Below are positions 13,691-27,266 of a stretch of DNA of 64,000 nucleotides, piece by piece. The position numbers and the translations under genes are program-made. Under the pieces are notes generated by a model, which was not told the origin of the DNA, did no database searches, and worked only from the letters and a program-made list of their open reading frames with translations. This DNA comes from Stegostoma tigrinum (lineage: Eukaryota), in NCBI RefSeq assembly GCF_030684315.1, contig NC_081358.1:12012142-12076141 (forward strand). Reading direction: 5' to 3'. Position 1 is the first letter of the stretch. Every line of letters starts with the position of its first letter.

Positions 13691-14759
13691 ATTATTGTGT
13701 CTGCATAGGTGTAGCTGGGGCTACTACAGGAGGGAAAACCGATTGTCTCTGTAATGGAGAGAATTTGGTGTGCTTTGCATTAAATGGGACCTGAAGTTCC
13801 AAACCATCTTTTGCAGTCTCAACAGTGACCAGCAAAGAGAACTCAATCACTGATAAGGTTACAGTGTTAAGCTGAAGGCAACATCGAGCCAGAGAAAACA
13901 GAGGTTCAAAAACTCCATGTCTGATAAAACAGAAGCAACGTTAGGCCCGAGAAAGATGGTGGAAAGGTACAATTAGCTATTGAAAGTTTCAATCTCAGCA
14001 GAGATGATGTTCTGTAAGCGCAAAAGAAAATATACATTTACCTCATTCTAATTAGTTACTCCTTCCCCTCATTATTTATTTATTTCATTTTCTCTTCATT
14101 CCTTTGTAGGTGGTGACTAAAAATAATTAATTTCATCCCCAACGCATTTCTCATTGCAATTTCAATCTTAGTCATGGCACTCAACATTCAGAACACTTCC
14201 ATCATGACAGGAAAAGGATATCCTTTAAATCTGCATCACCACAGAACACCTGACAGGAATATTAAGTGTACAAATGTCACACAATGTTTAAAATCAGTAC
14301 CAATTTAAAAATATATGCAATTTTGGCTGAGGCATGAATGATGAGCACATTAAATTTGCAAAGTTACCCAACCAATTATGAATCAAATGAGACTTTATGA
14401 GTTTTAAGCTACGCAGCTTCAAAATACAAATAGAGTAATGCATTCTGTGTTACATGGCATAACATTTTATAAAACAGTGCGTTGATTCTGAGCAATGCAA
14501 GGCAAAAGCACTAGTTACATTAACAGCAAGACGCCTTGCAGATATTGTCTGTCCATGATAGTGTAGATTAAATGGGGTTTTCTTCATGAACATATTCATT
14601 GCAGTTCCTGAGTTTTCTTAGCTGGCATTTGAATGAGCCCACTACTTACTGAATAATATTCCCAATTTGTAGCCTTCACATGAGGCATACACTTTATATA
14701 ACAGCCTCTTTTGCCCTACTAATGCATTTTCTTGGTAAAACACAGAGACAACACAGTTA

Positions 14760-15510
14760 CAATTCTAAAAGGAGTGCTGGAACAGAGGGACTCGGGAGTA
14801 TACGTGCACACACGATTGAAGTGGCAGGACAAACGGAGAGAGCAGTTAATAAAACATACAGCATCCTTGGGTTGATTAATCGGGACAAAGAGTACCAGAG
14901 CAAGAAAGTAAGGCTGAACCTGCGTAACTAACTGGTTAAATTTTAAGTGTAGTGTTGTGTACACCACACGATATGAACACACTGAAGAGAGGGCAGAACA
15001 GATTTACGCGAACAGTTCCAATGATGAGCAATTATAATCATAAGAATAAATTGAAAAGTGTGGAATTATCCTCCTTGGAGACAGGTCAGATTGAAGGGGT
15101 TATGTCTCTTCATCCTGGACAGAAGAACAGCTAAGAAGAAGCTAGATATAAGTCTTCGAGATCGAGAAGGGCTGGATTGAGTAGATAGAGAGAAACAGTT
15201 CCCACTTGTAAGAAGATCCAGACATGAGAGGGCTTAGATTTACAGCAATTTGCAAAAGATTCGAATGCAAGGTAAGAAAAACGTTTTCACGCACTAGTGA
15301 GCAATTCAGATCTAGAATTCACTGCCTAGAAGTGCAGTGGATGCAGATCCAATTGAGGCATTCAAGAGGATATTGCTCTATGTAAATGATTATCCAACAT
15401 GCAACGGTATGGGGAAAAAGGCAGGAGAAGAAGTCAAGGCGTTATTTGGAGGGCCAGTACAGAAACAATGGGATGAATAGCTCCCTTCCGTACTGTAACC
15501 CTTCTGTGAT
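14760..15510 (+). mobile_element. Decayed CR1 LINE 3' fragment
   Basis: EGLG..AHTIEVAGQTERAVNKTYSILGLINRDKEYQSK; RGQNRFTRTVP; CR1-type 3' UTR. Confidence 0.7.
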
Positions 15511-16242
15511 TTACTGAGAGTGCAGTGCATTCAAGGATACATAAAAACAATGTTCTTTAAATTGTAATGACAAACCTTGATCATTTCCCAGGGCTGTACG
15601 TTCTGCATGAAATACCTTGATTTTACTCGATGGAGTGTGAGTGTTATTGGCAAGGCCAGCATTTACAACCCATCCTTAAGTGCCCTCGAGAGCCACTGTA
15701 AGTCTGTCTAACTAGAGGGTGTGCAGGATTTCAACAGAGTCATAAAATTCCTACACGGGGTGGAAGCAGGCCATTCGGCCCATATCAAGTCCATACCAAC
15801 AGTCCAAAGAGCTTCCCACCCAGACCCACCCTATACTGTAACAATAAATGGCCAATTACACGTGTTCATGAGAAATACTGTTTGACTGCAGCCAGGCATT
15901 AACCAGGAAACCAAAAAGGGTTGTCATAAAGTCCTTGATTTTCATTCTCCAGCTGTATTTACACAGCAGAAGTTCTTATACACATCTTTCAACAGTCTTA
16001 TTTACTTGCTCTGAACCTCCAAAGGTCTGCATATGTGAACATTCAAAAGTCTGAGTTTCTGAACTCCATGAAAATTGTACCATACAATTGTACATGTCGA
16101 GCTTTAGGAAATGTTTGGGCTGCAGCTAACAACTTCATTGAAAAAGCACAACCTTGGAAAGAAATGCTCATATATTTGACAGAACAAGACAACATTTAGT
16201 CATCTGTACTTAACTGTGCTTGACGAAGACAAAAAGAATTAC

Positions 16243-16347
16243 CTTCATTCCAGCTACGGCAGCAGGGCCACTGGGATCCACTGCTTGAATATGGCATGGT
16301 TTATTTCCACGTACAACAAATCCCCAGCCAACTGCATCACCCACAAT
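16243..16347 (-). CDS. DEPTOR: DEPTOR coding exon 8 (PDZ domain, first half)
   Basis: IVGDAVGWGFVVRGNKPCHIQAVDPSGPAAVAGMK; tttcAG acceptor, GTAA donor; 105 nt, phase 0 to 0. Confidence 0.97.
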
Positions 16348-16742
16348 CTGAAAACAAGCCAGTTTTGCAAAACTTTTAAATAAACAGGCATATTAAAATT
16401 GCACCCAACGTCCGCTTTCAAAAAACAAATTTCCAATGTTTAATCTGGCTTCTGTATTCACAAAATTCTTATTTTTGAATGCAGTGACTATCTTTGCAAT
16501 AAACTAAATACAGATCATAAAAAAATCTGGTTTGATGAGCCTCCTTAATATTTTCAAAAAGGACAAGTCACTCAAGTGTAAACTGGGCTTTTATTTCAGC
16601 AAATCTAAGCATCTCAAGAATGCAACACTATTCAATTGTAACCAAGTGAAACTATATCATAACTCTGAAAATGTACTGCTCGGTGAATCGTTGCAAAGTG
16701 CAACAGATTGGGGAAGGAATACGATTTAAAGCACAGACTTAC

Positions 16743-16813
16743 TGTAAGTGTCTTCTTTGTGTAGGGTGCACCAGGAGCTAAGAGCTCCTCTGTCGTTACA
16801 GGTCTCTTTAAAA
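16743..16813 (-). CDS. DEPTOR: DEPTOR coding exon 7
   Basis: (V)LKRPVTTEELLAPGAPYTKKTLT; CAG acceptor, GTAAGT donor; 71 nt, phase 1 to 0. Confidence 0.96.
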
Positions 16814-18798
16814 CTGAAACAGAATGCAGAATTCTTAAGCCGTAAATGTGATTCACAACCCATTGTCTCCAATTCACTTTAACTAATCAGTTCAGCCACA
16901 TTTACAACTGGAACTACTCTGTAGTCAGGATCATAACAGGAAATCAGTCTTTCTTTTTGTTATTATTTGTTTAAGCAGTATGTAGACATTATTCTAATGC
17001 AGCGACAATTAAAATTTCAATTGTACCTTTAACAAAATGAAATGTCCGAGGCACTGTACAAGAGCATTATCAAAACAAACTATGATGCCAAACCACAGAA
17101 GAGAAACATTAGTTCAGCTAAACAAAAGTCTGGTAACAGTGTGTACTTTAAGAAGTGCTTTAAAGGTGGAAAGCAAAGTGGAGGGGCATCCTGAAGGAAT
17201 TCCAAGGCCATGGCTACTTGACGACACGACCACCAATGGTGGAGAAATCAAAATCAAAATTAGAGGAACGCAGATCACTCAGAAGGTTGTGAGGTTGGAG
17301 GAGATCACAGAGTTAGAGGGACACAGAGCCCTAGAGGGATTTGAAACCAAGAATGAAAATTTTGAATGAAAGTATTGCTTGACTGGGAACTAGTTCAGGT
17401 CAGCATGCACAGGGAGGGGAGAGAAATAAGACTTGCTGCCAGTTGAGTCTCTGGCAGAATTTGGAAGATCTCAAGCTTGGAGCTTAGAATGTGGGAGACA
17501 ATCCAGAAATGAGTTGGTACAGGCAGATCTAGAGCAGACAAAGACTTTGACAGCAGCTGAGGTGATTGCAGACAAAACTGAGCAATACTAAAGGTTGCAG
17601 TGGCCAGCTGTAGTGATGTCGTGGGTGTTGGAGGTTGATCAAGATCAAATGAGACACCAAAGGTTATATGAATAGATTATACGTAATTTAAACTCACACT
17701 AGGAACAGAATTGGAGCTAGTAATAAGGGAAAGTAATTTGGGTTGGGTACCAAAAACAATGACTTCAATTTTTGCAATTTTTACTCAGAGGACGTTTCTG
17801 CTCAACTAGTACTGCATGTTGAATTATCAACAGTAGAGTAATTGAGAATGAAAAGATTCATTCGATTCATTCATTGCTATGAATTACCTGAAAAATTCCA
17901 ACTTCGCTAATTCAAGTGCTCAATTACAAAAAAGTCAAAATATAGGCTAATGGTGCCCAAGAATCTGTGTTGACCAGGCTTGTACAAGGCACAACAAACA
18001 AAACGAGACAAACCACAAAGAGATAATAACAAATGACGAGAAGTTGTTTAAAGAAATGGAGAATATTAGAAGTGCAGACAAAGAGATTTTGCTGAGGAAA
18101 TTGCAGAGCTAAGCAGCTGGGGGAGAATCTTTAAAATGAATTTGCATTGGGACTCAATGTAAGTCAGTGAGCAGTGGTGACTTGGTTAGATTCAGGATAC
18201 AGGCAGGTGAATTTTGGAAAAGTTATAGTTATCTGTGGGCTGCAAGAAGTAAAGTTGTACAGAATAGCATTGTACTAGAGATAGGAAAGACACAGATGCG
18301 GTTTCAGGAGGAGAGAGGATAGGGGCAGCATTGGTAATGATACAGAGTTGGAAGTAGGTGGTCTTGCTGAAAGAGGAAATACATAATGAGAAGCTCAACT
18401 CTCAGTCAAAGAAGACACAAAGTTTAAAAATGGTCTTGTTACCTTCAGACCGTTATCAATGGGAGGAATGAAGATAATGGTCATGGAATGGAGTTTTTAG
18501 CAGGATCAAATACAATGCTTTTCCCAGTATTAGACAGAAAGAAATTTCTGCACATTCAGCTGGACATGCATCCTGACAATTTAGAGACAGTATAAGGGTC
18601 AACAGAAGTGGTGATAAAATACTGTTGGGCATTGTCAGCCTTTGGGTACAACCCAAAGTTTCATTTTAATGAGAACAGCAGGTAAATGAGGAAGAAGAGG
18701 GGCCTAAGGATAGATTGTTGCATTAATGTGAGAATTAATGGTGACTAAAGAAAATAGATTGTTGAAGAACAGAATTATACCAAACAAAAAAACCTTGT

Positions 18799-19017
18799 AT
18801 CAGAGATAATGGGAACTGCAGATGCTGGAGAATCTGAGATAACAAAGTGTGGAGCTGGATGAACACAGCAGGCCAAGCAGCATCTCAGGAGCACAAAAGC
18901 TGACATTTTGGGCCTAGATTTTTCTGATGAAGGGTCTAGGCCCGAAACGTCAGCTTTTGTGCTCCTAAGATGGTGCTTGGCCTGCTGTGTTCATCCAGCT
19001 CCACACTTTGTTATCTT
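18799..19017. mobile_element. Palindromic PLE-terminus element; intact plus-strand hammerhead core at 18924-18951
   Basis: Inverted arms; perfect 17 bp TSD aaacaaaaaaaccttgt at 18782-18798 and 19018-19034. Confidence 0.92.
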
Positions 19018-19945
19018 AAACAAAAAAACCTTGTTCAAGATTAAAACATATTAGAACAAACAGCAGCTAATTATAAAGTTTTTCAAATGTGAGTTATTGA
19101 AATTATGTAATTCAACAACAGGCAGTTATTGAATATTAGCTTTAGCTCTGAGCCACAGTCAGATTGCACTTTCTTCAAATTCTATGAGACATTTATGATG
19201 ATATGCTGATGTATCCTCTGTATTTTGTTGAAAAAGCTTAGTCTATATTTAGAAGAATTGTGATAGTTGTAAAGAGATTGATCCAATTTAGCATAAGTAG
19301 CAACAAATACAGTGGAACTCATCATTGCCCTTTACAGACCTTTCCCTCAAGAAACAAATTAACTTGTCTAATTTTAATGTTATAAGTTAACTGAATGTCA
19401 AAAAAGCAGACTGAGTTTCACATCATTATTTTTCAACTGATTTTTAAAAAAATATATTCAAAAGGAAACCTCAGTCATGATATGCAGACTTGTCAGAACT
19501 GTGTCAACAAGGCAGTGTGCATGTGTCTTGGACACATAATTCTTTAATGTTGCCTGTGGTGCAATATTCCAGACCTTATTGTGGGAACATGAACTGCCTT
19601 CCATTCTAAAAAAAAACTTCTTGGTCATTTTGGCTGAGTGCTCACTGCTTTAATCACTGACATTCACTCAGGTCCTCATAAAAAGCAAAATTCCATGATG
19701 CGGGATTGAATTGGCACTTGAACCATTCGATATGAAGAACTGAAGAACGGAGGTGGGGGGGGAGTCAATCACTAGAAGAGCCAACATTTCACAATGACAG
19801 TTCACGTACAGAACATGAACAAATCATTGACTATGTCATTCACTTCATTTCCCCCTTAAAAACTATAGCTGCAAATCGAAGAAATGTGTGATTTGTAACT
19901 TCTTACACTGTACTGTCAGCAATTCCACATGGTCACAGCCCTTAC

Positions 19946-20083
19946 CAGACTTTGGATTGGACAGCAGAGGAGGGCTGCTGCTGGGGGCGGGGCTACTGCT
20001 ATAATAGCCGCTACTGGCACAGCTGCTGCTCATGCTACACCGTCGAACCGCAGAACCAATCTTGATTTCTTTTGTCGGGCTCA
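19946..20083 (-). CDS. DEPTOR: DEPTOR coding exon 6 (Ser-rich linker with SSGYYS phosphodegron-like motif)
   Basis: (V)SPTKEIKIGSAVRRCSMSSSCASSGYYSSSPAPSSSPPLLSNPKS; CAG acceptor, GTAAG donor; 138 nt, phase 1 to 1. Confidence 0.96.
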
Positions 20084-21173
20084 CTGTAAGAGAGCATATG
20101 TCATGTTCAACAATAGAGGTTTCAGTAGAGCTTCACCAAGTTGCCAAGTTTTAAAAAAAAACACATCGCTGGCTACTCTATCAATTCTGTAGGGGATTCT
20201 CTTTTGTTTTTACGTCATAAAAATCAGATAAGTTTCAGGGAACTATTTAGCGTGTTCTCAAACAAAAAAAAAAATCACAAGTTCAAATTTTAGTCCACTC
20301 CAGGTTAGAGGGTCCCAATCTAATTCAACTGTAAGGAGCTGAATTAGTGTCACAGCATGGGCCTGTGGAAATAGTCAGGGTTCACACACTGAAAAAATTG
20401 CATCTCGAGATATAGATGTCATCCTACAGTCTGGAACGTATTTCCCTCTCCAGCTGTTCCCAAGAATGTGGGAACAGGGGTCGGTCATGTCGCCCCTTTA
20501 GGCTGGTTCTCCTTGCCAGATCGATAAGATCACTGCGGATCTGTAACTTAGCTCCTTTGCACCATACTGTTTAGAAATCAAGTTCAGATATTAAAATCAA
20601 TTACTGATGAAGCACCATCTGCAATTTGGTGAAGCTGGCCCCAACCATTTATTACACCATGCTTGGAGAAGTACTTCGTAATTTGTGCAACTTAAGAGTC
20701 TGGTTCTAAATTTCAAGATAATGCCCCTAGTTCGAGACTCAACCAGCCAGCACAAATGGTTTCTTCTATCGATTTCATTCCATTTCCCTTCATATCTTGA
20801 AAACTTTGATCAGCCTTTAATGGTGACCACCTTGATGTGATATCTCAATAATGTTACCATGTCATAACCTTCAAGTTGAATTTGCACCTGTCAAGTTTGC
20901 AGATGAAACCAAAATTGGTGGTGTAATGGACAGTGAAGAGGGTTATCTCAGAGCCTAATGGGACCTTGATCAGATGGGTCTGTCCGCCAAGGAGTGGCAG
21001 ACGGAATTTAATTTAGATAAATGTGAGCTGTTGCATTTTGGTAAGACAAATGAGGGCAGGACATGTAAAATTATTAGTAGAGCCCTGGGGAGTGTTGCCG
21101 AACAAAGAGACCTTGGGGTGAATGTTCACAGTTCCTTCAAGATGGGGTCACCGATAGACAGAGTAGTGAAGGT

Positions 21174-21228
21174 AATAAAATGTGAGGCTGGATGAACACA
21201 GCAGGCCAAGCAGCATCTCAGGACCATA
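21174..21228 (-). mobile_element. 55 bp PLE-terminus remnant inserted in a CR1
   Basis: aataaaatgtgaggctggatgaacacagcaggccaagcagcatctcagga flanked by TSD agtagtgaaggt (21162-21173, 21229-21240). Confidence 0.85.
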
Positions 21229-21306
21229 AGTAGTGAAGGTGGTGACTAGCATTGGTCAGTGTTTTGAGTATAAGAGTTAGAATGTTATGTTGTGGCTGTA
21301 CTTATA

Positions 21307-22762
21307 CAGAACAGAGAACAAAGAAAATTACAGCACAGGAACAGGCCCTTCAGCCCTCCAAGCCTGCGCCGATCGAGATCCTCTGCCTAACCTGTCATCT
21401 ATTTTCTAACGGTCTGTGTCCATTTGCTCCCTGCCCATCCATGTACCTGCCCAAATACATCTTAAAAGACGCTAACGTGTCTGCATCTACCACCTCCGCT
21501 GGCAAAGTGTTCCAGGCACCCACCACCCTCTGCGTAAAGAACTTTCCACGCATATCTCCCATAAACTTTCCTCCTCTCACGTGAACTCATGACCCCTAGT
21601 AGTTGAGTCCCCCACTCTGGGAAAAAGCTTCTTGCTATCCACCCTGTCTATATCCTTCATGATTTTGTAGACCTCAATCAGGTCCCCCCTCAATCTCCGT
21701 CTTTCTAATGAAAATAATCCTAATCTACTCAACCTCTGTTCATAGCTAGCACCCTCCATACCAGGTAACATCCTGGTGAACCTCCTCTGCACCCTCTCCA
21801 AAGCATCCACATCCTTTTGGTAATGTGGCAACCAGAATTGTACACAGTATTCCAAATGTGGCCGAACCAAAGTCTTATACAACTGTAGCCTCACCTGCCA
21901 ACTCTTGTACTCAATAATCTGTCTGATGAAGGAAAGCATGCCATATGCCTTCTTGACCACCCTATTGAACTGCGTTGTCACCTACACGGAACAATGGACC
22001 TGAACACCCAGATCTCTCTGTTCATCAATTTTCCCTAGGACTTTTCCATTTACTGCATAGTTTGCCCTTGAATTTGATCTTCCAAAATGCATCACCTCAC
22101 CTTTGCCCGGATTGAACTCCATCTGCAATTTATCTGCCCAACTCTCCAGTCTATCTATATTCTGCTGTAATCTCTGACAGTCCCCTTCACTATCACCTAT
22201 TCCACCAATCTTAGTGTCATCTGCAAACTTGCTGATCAGACCACCTACACCTTCCTCCAGATCATTTACATATATCACAAACAACAGTGGTCCCAGCACA
22301 GATCCCTGTGGAACACCACTGGTCACAGGTCTCCAACTTGAGAAACTCCCTTCTACTACTACCCTCTGTCTCCTGTTGCCCAGCCAGTTTTTTATCCATC
22401 TAGCTAGCACACCCTGGACCCCATGTGACTTCACTTTCTCCATCAGCCTGCCATGGGGAACCTTATCAAACGCCTTACTGAAGTCCACGTATATGACATC
22501 TACAGCCTTTCCCTCATCAATCAACTTTGTCACGTCCTCAAAGAATTCTATTAAGTTGGTAAGACATGACCTTCCCTGCACAAAACCATGCTGTCTATCA
22601 CTGATAAGCCCATTTTCTTCCAAATGGGAATAGATCCTATCCCTCAGTATCTTCTTCCCTACCACTGACGTCAGGCTCACCGGTCGATAATTACCTGGAT
22701 TATCCTTGCTGCCCTTCTTAAAAAAGGGGACAACATTAGCAAGTCTCTGGAACCTCACCCAT
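21307..22762 (-). mobile_element. Young CR1 LINE, 5'-truncated (RT domain to 3' UTR)
   Basis: ORFs 21982-22758 and 21577-21981: NYRPVSLTSVVG, QHGFVQGRSCLTNL, DFSKAFDKVPH, GVPQGSVLGPLLF, KFADDTK, RPHLEYCVQFW; (TTCTTTG)-type tail. Confidence 0.96.
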
Positions 22763-23439
22763 GTCTAGAATACTTCATTTAATTCTGATCTCCCTGCAAT
22801 TGGAGAGATGCAGTCAAACTTGAAAGAATGCAGAAAAGATTTACAAGAATGATGCCAAGGTTAAAGGGTTTGAGTTACAGGAAAAGGCTGAATAGCTGGG
22901 ACCAGTTTCCCTGGAACGGAGACTGAGTGGTGACCTTATAGAGGTTTATAAAATCATGAAGTACACTATTAGGGTGAATAGCCAAGGTCTTTTTCCTTGG
23001 GTAGGGGAGTCCAAAACGAGACGGCATAGGATAAAGAAGAGAGGGGAAAGAGAGGGATCTCATGGTCAACTTTTTCACACAGATGGTGATGTGTGTTAGG
23101 AATGAGTAGAAATGGTGGAGGTGGTACAATTACAACATTTAAAAGGTATCTGGACGGGTATATGAAGAGGAAGGATTTACAGGGATATGCGCCAAATGCT
23201 GGCAAATGCGACTCGATTAATTTAGGATATCTGGTCAACATGGGCAAGTTGGACCAAAGGGTCTGTTTCTGGGCTGTACAACTCTAATTTGATTTTTATA
23301 CCCTGGCTGTATAAGTATACATATTTGGGTTATGTACCCGAATATATCCTTAATCTCTCTAGTTTTATTCACATTGCATCTTTAAAGTTTTCGTGTAATG
23401 TCTAAAACACAATTTATGATTGCTCGTCCTTTGATTTCT

Positions 23440-25170
23440 TTTAGTTTTGAAATACCGTCTTGAGTACCATTTCAAAAATCTATCAGCCTCCTCTTTAAAT
23501 ACTTTCAGTGATCTAGCCTCCACAACACTACTGGTAGAAAATTTCAGATATTCACTACCTGCTGGGGGAAGAAATTCCTTTAGATCTCAGTTTTAGAGAT
23601 TTTCTGTAACCATGATTCCCAGTGTAAGATTACCCGATGAGTGGAAAGATCTTCTCAATATCTACCCTGTCAAGCCTTTGCAAAATATTCAATGAAATCA
23701 CACTTCATTCTTCTAAATTCGATAGAATAAAGGCCAAATCTGTTCAGGCATTCTTGATAATTCAACCGTTTTAACCTCATGAACTAGCTTTGTGAATCTC
23801 TTTTGAACTGTCTTTTGAACTTCCTTAAATTCATGGACCAAAACTGTACACAGTATACCAGGTGCAGTCTCACCAAAACCCTGTACAGTTGAAACAAAAT
23901 TTCTCTAGTTTTAAACTCGACTACAACCACCTCCCACAGCAACATAGACCAAAATTTCATTTGCTGCACCTGCATGTTAGCATTTTGTACTTCATCCAGA
24001 AGAACATCCAGGTTCCTCTACACTGCAGTCTGTTTGGGTCTCCCAAAAGGTCTTGCCTTTTGATTCTCCTATCTGCATTTTCCTACATTAAACCCAATCT
24101 GCCAAGTTTAACCCCATTCATGAACCTGTCTGTATCTCCTTACAAACTTCTTAGAACGTCATTACATCATTACATCATGCCCTCCCATCTATCTTTGTAC
24201 TATCAGAAAATCTGGATACATTACACTCCGCCTTCCTCCAAGTCAAGAATTTTGATGGTAAAGAATTGAGTCTCTATGATTAGTCTTTTTGGAATTCCAC
24301 CAGTTATGACTTTCCAACCTGAAACATACCCATTCATTCCAAGTCTTCATCTTCTCTATATTAACCAATCCTCAATCCATGCTACATACATCATCTCCAA
24401 AACCATGTCTTTTAAGAGGGTCCTTAGGAATGCCTTTTGAAATTCCCTATATATTACATTTACCAATTCCCTTTTATCAGCTCTGCTTGTGTGGTCTCAA
24501 AGAACTTCAGAAAATTTGTCAAATAAGCTTTCCCTTTCATAAAGCTGAATTGAGTCTGTTTGTGTTAATCTTTTCTATTTGTACTGTAATTGCTTCCTTA
24601 ATAATGTACATTCTCCCAACAACAAATCTTAGGCTAACTAACATATAGTTTCCTGTTTTATGTCTCACTTCCTTCTTCAACACTGGCATATTAGCCGCAT
24701 TCCAATCCACTGGAACCCTCTGGAATCCAGTGTGTTCTGGAATATTTCAATCAATGCCTCCACTATCTCTGCAGCCATGCTCAGAATCCTGGATACATCA
24801 GGACCTGGCAACTCTTATGCATTTAGTCCCGTTAATTTGTCAAATACTTTTTCTTTTGTAATGGAGACTTTAACAAGACCCTTTTTTCCCATGAACACCT
24901 TGCTTATCTGATATCCTTGGGATTTCTACAATGTCCTCCAGGTAAAGACTGATGCAAAATATTGGTTTAAATTGTCTACAATTTCCTGATCCTTGTTGTC
25001 AATTCCCCTATCACATCCTCCTAGAGTTTAATGTGTACTTTAGCACTCTCTTTCTGTGTACCCACAGGAAAACTTTAAAAAATATATTTCTTGCTAATTT
25101 ACTTTCATTATTAATTTTCTCCCTTATTTTGAAGCTTTTTAGTTATTTTTTGCTGGTTCCTTAAATATTC
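23440..25170 (-). mobile_element. Old decayed CR1 LINE
   Basis: EFKTREILFQLYRVLVRLHLVYCVQFWS on minus; scattered RT-like remnants up to about 25100; boundaries approximate. Confidence 0.7.
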
Positions 25171-26584
25171 ACAACCCCTTGGACTTCCCCTAGGGTAACC
25201 TCTTTGTTGAGCAGCTGCTATCCTTGAGAATAATGTACAGCCTCATGCAGACCACAACCATTTTGATCCAGTGGCTCTAAACAAACAGTAATGCAGGATC
25301 AAGTTGGGATGTTGTTTAACCGAGTCATTGTGGGAACTCTAGATATTCCCCTTTCCTCAGAGGCACCAAGGATAACAGTAACATCCATGTTCCAAATAAG
25401 CAATCCTGTAAGAGATGGAGAATTGGTGTGTATGTATGGATCACAACAGTAAATGTACTCAAAGAGTTCAGATTCAGGGTGGGGCTGGGCTGGTGTGGTT
25501 ACATGGGCTTTACTGCTCCCTTGAATCATTTGCCACCTCGCTTCAGAGATCAATTCTCAATAATTTGAAGTTAAAGAACATTTACTGAAGCACGGAAAGT
25601 GGCAAGCAAGAGGACAGAGAACTATACCAACGTCAAATATTCTTTCTGCTGCCAGACTACAAAAAAAAGTAACTGTTTTCTAATTCAATCTTGCAATCTG
25701 CTGTTCACAAATGCTTTGAAGGTTTGGTCAATTAACATTTTAGACCTTGCACTATTGTTCTATGTGTGAAAAGCAGTAGACTTTGGAGGGGGGGGGGTTG
25801 TTAAATGGCACTTCTCTCCTTCATGCGTTCTCATGGGAGATGTTACTCCCATTCTCATAACAAAGACTAAATGTATTTTCAAATATAAATATGCTTTAAG
25901 AAAGGAAGAATGCTTCATTAAACCTAAATTCATGAAAGCAATCCTTACAACCAAATTTAAATTCACAAAAGCATCAGTTGTAGATGAGAAATTATTAGGC
26001 AGTCAATGGTCAAGCAGAATGCGACTGAAAAGCAAGTATTATTTTATTAGCTTTTCAATCATTTTGATATAAGATTGATTTACCACAAGCAATTTATAAG
26101 TGATAGATGCTGAATCTGGGATATCTTTCACAGGGTGCGTGACATGCTGATAACAGTTGCTTTGTATACTCTAACCAGAGTACTCCATGCCTGCTTTCTG
26201 TACAAGTCCATCTGCGTATAAGACAAATTTTACTTTAGCAACTAAAATCGTGCACCTGTTTTGGAAGACGCAGCCCACTTTCTTCATTCACCGGAATGGC
26301 AGACAGCACACTGTCTTATCATCAGATAGTGTCGGGAGGGGAGGGGAGATCACAGGGAGCTGGGAGGGTGGTTATACAGAACGGACAAAAGAGAAAGGAA
26401 AAGAAACAATGAAAGTGAAAACTTTTGTACCAGCATGCATTTTGGAAGCCCAATTAATCTGAAGGTTCATGAAAGTTGACTACTTGCCTAAACCAACCTC
26501 CCAAAATGTAGCACAAGCATTTATTGTGGAACACCAAATAGAACAATAATAAGTCAGAGGGCATTTAGAGTAAATCATTTTTAC

Positions 26585-26767
26585 CTGAGAGGAAGCTGGT
26601 ATTCGGGTTGTCAGGATTCTGTTTTCGTAAACAGAAAGGGCTTTCATGACTGTCAGGTGCCAAGGACACACTTTCGTTCAGCAGCTCCACCAGTCTTCGC
26701 CTTCTGCGAAAGTTCATGCGGAACTGGTACAAGAGGTTACCATCCACAAAGTGGTGTTTGTTGGCCA
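26585..26767 (-). CDS. DEPTOR: DEPTOR coding exon 5 (end of DEP2 and linker)
   Basis: (V)ANKHHFVDGNLLYQFRMNFRRRRRLVELLNESVSLAPDSHESPFCLRKQNPDNPNTSFLS; CAG acceptor, GTAA donor; 183 nt, phase 1 to 1. Confidence 0.96.
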
Positions 26768-27208
26768 CTGTGTACAGAATAGTGAGAAAGGATAAACAGG
26801 ATGGTGAAAGTGGAGGAATTAATTGTGCTGGTAAATACACAGGCTGCTTGTCAAACAGCGCAATTTGAACTCTGAAAGAACAATTAATACAAAGCAATAG
26901 CCACAAAGGCACAACAGGAGAAAAATACTGAAATGACTCTTTGCAAAAGCTTCAGTCTCGTAGTTCCAGACTGAACATCATCATTATGGAAATTTGTTCG
27001 TAAGATTTAGACAATTCCAGTTAATTGCACCACGTACCTTACATCTCCTATTACATGTAAACATTTCAAATATTTTGTTTAGAGACATACATTGCACAAC
27101 TGAGAATAAATGCATGAAGATCAAAGGCTGTGTTTTTAAAAAATAAATTCAAAACTGAATGAATTTAAGACCTAATCATAATTTTTTGTTGGGTTGCAAA
27201 CAACAATA

Positions 27209-27266
27209 TTTATATATGTATATACATATACATATAGGTATACATATATACAAATATATACATATA
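27209..27266. repeat. Imperfect (TA)/(TATACA) microsatellite
   Basis: tatatatgtatatacatatacatataggtatacatatatacaaatatatacatata. Confidence 0.85.

Larger units (their letters stand above)
20891..23285 (+). mobile_element. Older CR1 fragment split by a younger antisense CR1 (parts about 20891-21301 and 22766-23285)
   Basis: aagtttgcagatgaaaccaaaattggtgg (KFADETKIGG), KEWQTEFNLDKCELLHFG; resumes at agaatacttcatttaattctgatctcc and runs to the 3' UTR. Confidence 0.8.

Noticed and set aside
14175-14250. Minus-strand AG|GTG...ATGGAAGTG segment resembling the last DEPTOR exon (MEV)
   Set aside because: The frame from the acceptor gives VFCGDADLKDILFLS* with no PDZ similarity; the true exon is 7518-7646
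22214-22633. Antisense ORFs over CR1 RT (also 35197-35529)
   Set aside because: Usual open reverse frame of CR1 RT; no independent evidence
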